This document shows, in pieces, positions 54,401 to 64,000 of a stretch of DNA of 64,000 bases. The DNA lies in NCBI GenBank assembly GCA_040954595.2, contig CM082591.2, positions 10,433,309 to 10,497,308 on the forward strand, written 5' to 3'. A program made the position numbers and the translations under genes. Position 1 is the first letter of the stretch. Every line of letters begins with the position of its first letter. Source of the stretch: Balanoglossus misakiensis (taxonomy: Eukaryota; Animalia; Hemichordata). A model generated the notes under the pieces. It ran no database searches. It saw nothing but the letters and a program-made list of their open reading frames with translations, and was not told where the DNA came from.

Positions 54401-57400
54401 TCCGTCGATCTACAGAGTCTAGAGGAAAACTTTCTTATCCTCATAGGCCTATCATGTGTTCTGCGCATCACAACAGAATTTTGTAAACAAACAAGGCTGT
54501 GTTTGGAAGCAACCATGGAAACTTTAGAACTATCCGTCGATCTACAGAGTCTAGTGGAAAACTTTCTTATGCGCATAGACCTATCATGTGTTCTGCGCAT
54601 CACAACAGAATTTTGCAAACAAACGAGGCTGTGTTTGGAAGCAAACATGGAAACTTTAGAACTATCCGTCGATCTACAGAGTCTAGTGGAAAACTTTCTT
54701 ATCCTCATAGGCCTATCATGTGTTCTGCGCATCACAACAGAATTTTGTAAACGAACGAGGCTGTGTTTGGAAGCAACCATGGAAAGTTTAGAACTATCCG
54801 TCGATCTACAGAGTCTAGTGGAAAACTTTCTTATGCGCATAGACCTATCATGTGTTCTGCGCATCACAACAGAATTTTGTAAACAAACGAGGCTGTGTTT
54901 GGAAGCAACCATGGAAACTTTAGAACTATCCGTCGATCTACAGAGTCTAGTGGAAAACTTTCTTATCCTCATAGACCTATCATGTGTTCTGCGCATCACA
55001 ACAGAATTTTGTAAACAAACGAGGCTGTCTTTGGAAGCAACCATGGAAACTTTAGAACTATCCGTCGATCTACAGAGTCTAGTGGAAAACTTTCTTATGC
55101 GCATAGACCTGTCATGTGTTCTGCGCATCACAACAGAATTTTGTAAACAAACGAGGCTGTGTTTGGAAGCAACCATGGAAAGTTTAGAACTATCCGTCGA
55201 TCTACAGAGTCTAGTGGAAAACTTTCTTATGCGCATAGACCTATCATGTGTTCTGCGCATCACAACAGAATTTTTTAAACAAACGAGGCTGTGTTTGGAA
55301 GCAACCATGGAAACTTTAGAACTATCCGTCGATCTACAAAGTCTAGTGGAAAACTTTCTTATCCTCATAGACCTATCATGTGTTCTGCGCATCACAACAG
55401 AATTTTGTAAACAAACGAGGCTGTCTTTGGAAGCAACCATGGAAACTTTAGAACTATCCGTCGATCTACAGAGTCTAGTGGAAAACTTTCTTATGCGCAT
55501 AGACATATCATGTGTTCTGCGCATCACAACAGAATTTTGTAAACAAACGAGGCTGTGTTTGGAAGCAACCATGGAAACTTTAGAACTATCCGTCGATCTG
55601 CAGAGTCTAGAGGAAAACTTTCTTATGCGCATAGACCTATCATGTGTTCTGCGCATCACAACAGAATTTTGTGAACAAACAAGGCTGTGTTTGGAAGCAA
55701 CCATGGAAACTTTAGAACTGTCCGTCGATCTACAGAGTCTAGAGGAAAACTTTCTTATGCGCATAGACCTATCATGTGTTCTGCGCATCACAACAGAATT
55801 TTGTAAACAAACAAGGCTGTGTTTGGAAGCAACCATGGAAACTTTAGAACTATCCGTCGATCTACAGAGTCTAGAGGAAAACTTTCTTATGCGCATAGAC
55901 CTATCATGTGTTCTGCGCATCACAACAGAATTTTGTAAACAAACGAGGCTGTGTTTGGAAGCAACCATAAAAACTTTTGAACTATCCGTCGATCTACAGA
56001 GTCTAGAGGAAAACTTTCTTATCCTCATAGGCCTATCATGTGTTCTGCGCATCACAACAGAATTTTGTAAACAAACGAGGCTGTGTTTGGAAGCAACCAT
56101 GGAAACTTTAGAACTATCCGTCGATCTACAGAGTCTAGAGGAAAACTTTCTTATCCTCATAGGCCTATCATGTGTTCTGCGCATCACAACAGAATTTTGT
56201 AAACAAACAAGGCTGTGTTTGGAAGCAACCATGGAAACTTAAGAACTATCCGTCGATCTACAGAGTCTAGAGGAAAACTTTCTTATGCGTATAGACCTAT
56301 CATGTGTTCTGCGCATCACAACAGAATTTTGTAAACAAACGAAGCTGTGTTTGGAAGCAACCATGGAAACTTTAGAACTATCCGTCGATCTACAGAGTCT
56401 AGAGGAAAACTTTCTTATGCGCATAGACCTATCTTGTGTTCTGCGCATCACAACAGAATTTTGTAAACAAACGAGGCTGTGTTTGGAAGCAACCATGAAA
56501 ACTTTAGAACTATCCGTCGATCTACAGAGTCTAGAGGAAAACTTTCTTATGCGCATAGACCTATCATGTGTTCTGCGCATCACAACAGAATTTTGTAAAC
56601 AAACGAGGCTGTGTTTGGAAGCAACCATGGAAACTTTAGAACTATCCGTCGATCTACAGAGTCAAGTGGAAAACTTTCTTATGCGCATAGGCCTATCATT
56701 TGTTCTGCGCATCACAACAGAATTTTGTAAACAAACGAGGCTGTGTTTGGAAGCAACCATGGAAACTTTAGAACTATCCGTCGATCTACAGAGTCTAGAG
56801 GAAAACTTTCTTATGCGCATAGGCCTATCATGTGTTCTGCGCATCACAACAGAATTTTGTAAACAAACGAGGCTGTGTTTGGAAGCAACCATGGAAACTT
56901 TAGAACTATCCGTCGATCTACAGAGTCAAGTGGAAAACTTTCTTATGCGCATAGGCCTATCATTTGTTCTGCGCATCACAACAGAATTTTGTAAACAAAC
57001 GAGGCTGTGTTTGGAAGCAACCATGGAAACTTTAGAACTATCCGTCGATCTACAGAGTCAAGTGGAAAACTTTCTTATGCGCATAGGCCTATCATTTGTT
57101 CTGCGCATCACAACAGAATTTTGTAAACAAACGAGGCTGTGTTTGGAAGCAACCATGGAAACTTTAGAACTATCCGTCGATCTACAGAGTCTAGAGGAAA
57201 ACTTTCTTATGCGCATAGACCTATCATGTGTTCTGCGTATCACAACAGAATTTTGTAAACAAACGAGGCTGTGTTTGGAAGCAACCATGGAAACTTTAGA
57301 ACTATCCGTCGATCTACAGAGTCTAGAGGAAAACTTTCTTATGCGCATAGACCTATCATGTGTTCTGCGCATCACAACAGAATTTTGTAAACAAACGAGG

Positions 57401-60400
57401 CTGTCTTTGGAAGCAACCATGGAAACTTTAGAACTATCCGTCGATCTACAGAGTCTAGAGGAAAACTTTCTTATGCGCATAGACCTATCATGTGTTCTGC
57501 GCATCACAACAGAATTTTGTAAACAAACGAGGCTGTGTTTGGAAGCAACCATGGAAACTTTAGAACTATCCGTCGATCTACAGAGTCAAGTGGAAAACTT
57601 TCTTATGCGCATAGGCCTATCATTTGTTCTGCGCATCACAACAGAATTTTGTAAACAAACGAGGCTGTGTTTGGAAGCAACCATGGAAACTTTAGAACTA
57701 TCCGTCGATCTACAGAGTCTAGAGGAAAACTTTCTTATGCGCATAGACCTATCATGTGTTCTGCGCATCACAACAGAATTTTGTAAACAAACGAGGCTGT
57801 GTTTGGAAGCAACCATGGAAACTTTAGAACTATCCGTCGATCTACAGAGTCTAGAGGAAAACTTTCTTATGCGCATAGACCTATCATGTGTTCTGCGCAT
57901 CACAACAGAATTTTGTAAACAAACGAGGCTGTGTTTGGAAGCAACCATGGAAACTTTAGAACTATCCGTCGATCTACAGAGTCTAGAGGAAAACTTTCTT
58001 ATGCGCATAGACCTATCATGTGTTCTGCGCATCACAACAGAATCTTGTAAACAAACGAGGCTGTGTTTGGAAGCAACCATGGAAACTTTAGAACTATCCG
58101 TCGATCTACAGAGTCAAGTGGAAAACTTTCTTATGCGCATAGGCCTATCATTTGTTCTGCGCATCACACCAGAATTTTGTAAACAAACGAGGCTGTGTTT
58201 GGAAGCAACCATGGAAACTTTAGAACTATCCGTCGATCTACAGAGTCTAGTGGAAAACTTTCTTATCCTCATAGACCTATCATGTGTTCTGCGCATCACA
58301 ACAGAATTTTGTAAACAAACGAGGCTGTCTTTGGAAGCAACCATGGAAACTTTAGAACTATCCGTCGATCTACAGAGTCTAGTGGAAAACTTTCTTATGC
58401 GCATAGACCTATCATGTGTTCTGCGCATCACAACAGAATTTTGTAAACAAACGAGGCTGTGTTTGGAAGCAACCATGGAAACTTTAGAACTATCCGTCGA
58501 TCTACAGAGTCTAGTGGAAAACTTTCTTATGCGCATAGACCTATCATGTGTTCTGCGCATCACAACAGAATTTTGCAAACAAACGAGGCTGTGTTTGGAA
58601 GCAAACATGGAAACTTTAGAACTATCCGTCGATCTACAGAGTCTAGTGGAAAACTTTCTTATCCTCATAGGCCTATCATGTGTTCTGCGCATCACAACAG
58701 AATTTTGTAAACGAACGAGGCTGTGTTTGGAAGCAACCATGGAAAGTTTAGAACTATCCGTCGATCTACAGAGTCTAGTGGAAAACTTTCTTATGCGCAT
58801 AGACCTATCATGTGTTCTGCGCATCACAACAGAATTTTGTAAACAAACGAGGCTGTGTTTGGAAGCAACCATGGAAACTTTAGAACTATCCGTCGATCTA
58901 CAGAGTCTAGTGGAAAACTTTCTTATGCGCATAGACCTATCATGTGTTCTGCGCATCACAACAGAATTTTGTAAACAAACGAGGCTGTGTTTGGAAGCAA
59001 CCATGGAAACTTTAGAACTATCCGTCGATCTACAGAGTCTAGTGGAAAACTTTCTTATCCTCATAGACCTATCATGTGTTCTGCGCATCACAACAGAATT
59101 TTGTAAACAAACGAGGCTGTCTTTGGAAGCAACCATGGAAACTTTAGAACTATCCGTCGATCTATAGAGTCTAGTGGAAAACTTTCTTATGCGCATAGAC
59201 CTGTCATGTGTTCTGCGCATCACAACAGAATTTTGTAAACAAACGAGGCTGTGTTTGGAAGCAACCATGGAAAGTTTAGAACTATCCGTCGATCTACAGA
59301 GTCTAGTGGAAAACTTTCTTATGCGCATAGACCTATCATGTGTTCTGCGCATCACAACAGAATTTTTTAAACAAACGAGGCTGTGTTTGGAAGCAACCAT
59401 GGAAACTTTAGAACTATCCGTCGATCTACAAAGTCTAGTGGAAAACTTTCTTATCCTCATAGACCTATCATGTGTTCTGCGCATCACAACAGAATTTTGT
59501 AAACAAACGAGGCTGTCTTTGGAAGCAACCATGGAAACTTTAGAACTATGCGTCGATCAACAGAGTCTAGTGGAAAACTTTATTATGCGCATAGACATAT
59601 CATGTGTTCTGCGCATCACAACAGAATTTTGTAAACAAACGAGGCTGTGTTTGGAAGCAACCATGGAAACTTTAGAACTATCCGTCGATCTACAGAGTCT
59701 AGAGGAAAACTTTCTTATGCGCATAGACCTATCATGTGTTCTGCGCATCACAACAGAATTTTGTAAACAAACAAGGCTGTGTTTGGAAGCAACCATGGAA
59801 ACTTTAGAACTGTCCGTCGATCTACAGAGTCTTGAGGAAAACTTTCTTATGCGCATAGACCTATCATGTGTTCTGCGCATCACAACAGAATTTTGTAAAC
59901 AAACAAGGCTGTGTTTGGAAGCAACCATGGAAACTTTAGAACTATCCGTCGATCTACAGAGTCTAGAGGAAAACTTTCTTATGCGCATAGACCTATCATG
60001 TGTTCTGCGCATCACAACAGAATTTTGTAAACAAACGAGGCTGTGTTTGGAAGCAACCATAAAAACTTTTGATCTATCCGTCGATCTACAGAGTCTAGAG
60101 GAAAACTTTCTTATCCTCATAGGCCTATCATGTGTTCTGCGCATCACAACAGAATTTTGTAAACAAACGAGGCTGTGTTTGGAAGCAACCATGGAAACTT
60201 TAGAACTATCCGTCGATCTACAGAGTCTAGAGGAAAACTTTCTTATCCTCATAGGCCTATCATGTGTTCTGCGCATCACAACAGAATTTTGTAAACAAAC
60301 AAGGCTGTGTTTGGAAGCAACCATGGAAACTTTAGAACTATCCGTCGATCTACAGAGTCTAGTGGAAAACTTTCTTATGCGCATAGACCTATCATGTGTT

Positions 60401-63400
60401 CTGCGCATCACAACAGAATTTTGCAAACAAACGAGGCTGTGTTTGGAAGCAAACATGGAAACTTTAGAACTATCCGTCGATCTACAGAGTCTAGTGGAAA
60501 ACTTTCTTATCCTCATAGGCCTATCATGTGTTCTGCGCATCACAACAGAATTTTGTAAACGAACGAGGCTGTGTTTGGAAGCAACCATGGAAAGTTTAGA
60601 ACTATCCGTCGATCTACAGAGTCTAGTGGAAAACTTTCTTATGCGCATAGACCTATCATGTGTTCTGCGCATCACAACAGAATTTTGTAAACAAACGAGG
60701 CTGTGTTTGGAAGCAACCATGGAAACTTTAGAACTATCCGTCGATCTACAGAGTCTAGTGGAAAACTTTCTTATCCTCATAGACCTATCATGTGTTCTGC
60801 GCATCACAACAGAATTTTGTAAACGAACGAGGCTGTGTTTGGAAGCAACCATGGAAAGTTTAGAACTATCCGTCGATCTACAGAGTCTAGTGGAAAACTT
60901 TCTTATGCGCATAGACCTATCATGTGTTCTGCGCATCACAACAGAATTTTGTAAACAAACGAGGCTGTGTTTGGAAGCAACCATGGAAACTTTAGAACTA
61001 TCCGTCGATCTACAGAGTCTAGTGTAAAACTTTCTTATCCTCATAGGCCTATCATGTGTTCTGCGCATCACAACAGAATTTTGTAAACGAACGAGGCTGT
61101 GTTTGGAAGCAACCATGGAAAGTTTAGAACTATCCGTCGATCTACAGAGTCTAGTGGAAAACTTTCTTATGCGCATAGACCTATCATGTGTTCTGCGCAT
61201 CACAACAGAATTTTGTAAACAAACGAGGCTGTGTTTGGAAGCAACCATGGAAACTTTAGAACTATCCGTCGATCTACAGAGTCTAGTGGAAAACTTTCTT
61301 ATCCTCATAGACCTATCATGTGTTCTGCGCATCACAACAGAATTTTGTAAACGAACGAGGCTGTGTTTGGAAGCAACCATGGAAAGTTTAGAACTATCCG
61401 TCGATCTACAGAGTCTAGTGGAAAACTTTCTTATGCGCATAGACCTATCATGTGTTCTGCGCATCACAACAGAATTTTGTAAACAAACGAGGCTGTGTTT
61501 GGAAGCAACCATGGAAACTTTAGAACTATCCGTCGATCTACAGAGTCTAGTGGAAAACTTTCTTATCCTCATAGACCTATCATGTGTTCTGCGCATCACA
61601 ACAGAATTTTGTAAACAAACGAGGCTGTCTTTGGAAGCAACCATGGAAACTTTAGAACTATCCGTCGATCTACAGAGTCTAGTGGAAAACTTTCTTATGC
61701 GCATAGACCTGTCATGTGTTCTGCGCATCACAACAGAATTTTGTAAACAAACGAGGCTGTGTTTGGAAGCAACCATGGAAAGTTTAGAACTATCCGTCGA
61801 TCTACAGAGTCTAGTGGAAAACTTTCTTATGCGCATAGACCTATCATGTGTTCTGCGCATCACAAGAGAATTTTTTAAACAAACGAGGCTGTGTTTGGAA
61901 GCAACCATGGAAACTTTAGAACTATCCGTCGATCTACAAAGTCTAGTGGAAAACTTTCTTATCCTCATAGACCTATCATGTGTTCTGCGCATCACAACAG
62001 AATTTTGTAAACAAACGAGGCTGTCTTTGGAAGCAACCATGGAAACTTTAGAACTATCCGTCGATCTACAGAGTCTAGTGGAAAACTTTCTTATGCGCAT
62101 AGACATATCATGTGTTCTGCGCATCACAACAGAATTTTGTAAACAAACGAGGCTGTGTTTGGAAGCAACCATGGAAACTTTAGAACTATCCGTCGATCTA
62201 CAGAGTCTAGTGGAAAACATTCTTATGCGCATAGACCTATCATGTGTTCTGCGCATCACACCAGAATTTTGTAAACAAACGAGGCTGTGTTTGGAAGCAA
62301 CCATGGAACTATCCGTCGATCTACAGAGTCTAGTGGAAAACTTTCTTATCCTCATAGACCTTTCATGTGTTCTGCGCATCACAACATAATTTTGTAAACA
62401 AACGAGGCTGTGTTTGGAAGCAACCATGGAAAGTTTAGAACTATCCGTCGATCTACAGAGTCTAGTGGAAAACTTTCTTATCCTCATAGGCCTATCATGT
62501 GTTCTGCGCATCACAACAGAATTTTGTAAACAAACGAGGCTGTGTTTGGAAGCAACAATGGAAACTTTAGAACTATCCGTCGATCTACAGAGTCTAGTGG
62601 AAAACTTTCTTATCCTCATAGACCTATCATGTGTTCTGCGCATCACAACAGAATTTTGTAAACAAACGAGGCTGTGTTTGGAAGCAACCATGGAAAGTTT
62701 AGAACTATCCGTCGATCTACAGAGTCTAGTGGAAAACTTTCTTATGCGCATAGACCTATCATGTGTTCTGCGCATCACAACAGAATTTTGTAAACAAACG
62801 AGGCTGTGTTTGGAAGCCACCATGGAAACTTTAGAACTATCCGTCGATCTACAGAGTCTAGTGGAAATCTTTCTTATCCTCATAGACCTATCATGTGTTC
62901 TGCGCATCACAACAGAATTTTGTAAACAAACGAGGCTGTCTTTGGAAGCAACCATGGAAAGTTTAGAACTATCCGTCGATCTACAGAGTCTAGTGGAAAA
63001 CTTTCTTATGCGCATAGACCTATCATGTGTTCTGCGCATCACACCAGAATTTTGTAAACAAACGAGGCTGTGTTTGGAAGCAACCATGGAACTATCCGTC
63101 GATCTACAGAGTCTAGTGGAAAACTTTCTTATCCTCATAGACCTTTCATGTGTTCTGCGCATCACAACATAATTTTGTAAACAAACGAGGCTGTGTTTGG
63201 AAGCAACCATGGAAAGTTTAGAACTATCCGTCGATCTACAGAGTCTAGTGGAAAACTTTCTTATCCTCATAGGCCTATCATGTGTTCTGCGCATCACAAC
63301 AGAATTTTGTAAACAAACGAGGCTGTGTTTGGAAGCAACAATGGAAACTTTAGAACTATCCGTCGATCTACAGAGTCTAGTGGAAAACTTTCTTATCCTC

Positions 63401-64000
63401 ATAGACCTATCATGTGTTCTGCGCATCACAACAGAATTTTGTAAACAAACGAGGCTGTGTTTGGAAGCAACCATGGAAAGTTTAGAACTATCCGTCGATC
63501 TACAGAGTCTAGTGGAAAACTTTCTTATGCGCATAGACCTATCATGTGTTCTGCGCATCACAACAGAATTTTGTAAACAAACGAGGCTGTGTTTGGAAGC
63601 CACCATGGAAACTTTAGAACTATCCGTCGATCTACAGAGTCTAGTGGAAATCTTTCTTATCCTCATAGACCTATCATGTGTTCTGCGCATCACAACAGAA
63701 TTTTGTAAACAAACGAGGCTGTCTTTGGAAGCAACCATGGAAAGTTTAGAACTATCCGTCGATCTACAGAGTCTAGTGGAAAACTTTCTTATGCGCATAG
63801 ACCTATCATGTGTTCTGCGCATCACAACAGAATTTTGTAAACAAACGAGGCTGTGTTTGGAAGCAACAATGGAAACTTTAGAACTATCCGTCGATCTACA
63901 GAGTCTAGAGGAAAACTTTCTTATCCTCATAGACCTATCATGTGTTCTGCGCATCACAACAGAATTTTGTAAACAAACAAGGCTGTGTTTGGAAGCAACC
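39495..64000. repeat. 132-bp satellite array, about 185 monomers, highly homogeneous, runs off the window end
   Basis: Monomer GAATTTTGTAAACAAACGAGGCTGTGTTTGGAAGCAACCATGGAAACTTTAGAACTATCCGTCGATCTACAGAGTCTAGTGGAAAACTTTCTTATGCGCATAGACCTATCATGTGTTCTGCGCATCACAACA. Confidence 0.99.

Noticed and set aside
39401-63957. 1000-2800 aa repeat ORFs as real protein-coding genes
   Set aside because: They are translations of a 132-bp satellite open on both strands, with no unique domains and sporadic stops.

Overview
A repeat-dominated animal genome window (spliceosomal introns, metazoan-type transposons; a marine invertebrate is my inference) with no recognisable host housekeeping gene. It is a pile of nested mobile elements at the edge of a large satellite array. 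From left to right it holds: a decayed Ty3/Gypsy element with a TTAA-targeted MITE in gag; a Myb/SANT-like fragment; and a foldback element with inverted minisatellite arms. Next is a complete 7.5-kb DNA transposon with CAC...GTG 27-bp TIRs, carrying a stand-alone HIRAN gene convergent with a spliced Academ-like transposase. That element sits in a splice acceptor of a two-gene locus. The second gene of the locus is a fragmented, very large RAG1/Transib-like DDE transposase with an N-terminal cysteine-protease-like region and C-terminal IQ, BRCT-like and HMG-box-like modules. After this come a LINE fragment, a BEL/Pao LTR element interrupted by a palindromic Academ derivative, and about 25 kb of a 132-bp satellite with higher-order structure. 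All protein family calls are by-eye motif recognition; no database searches were run.
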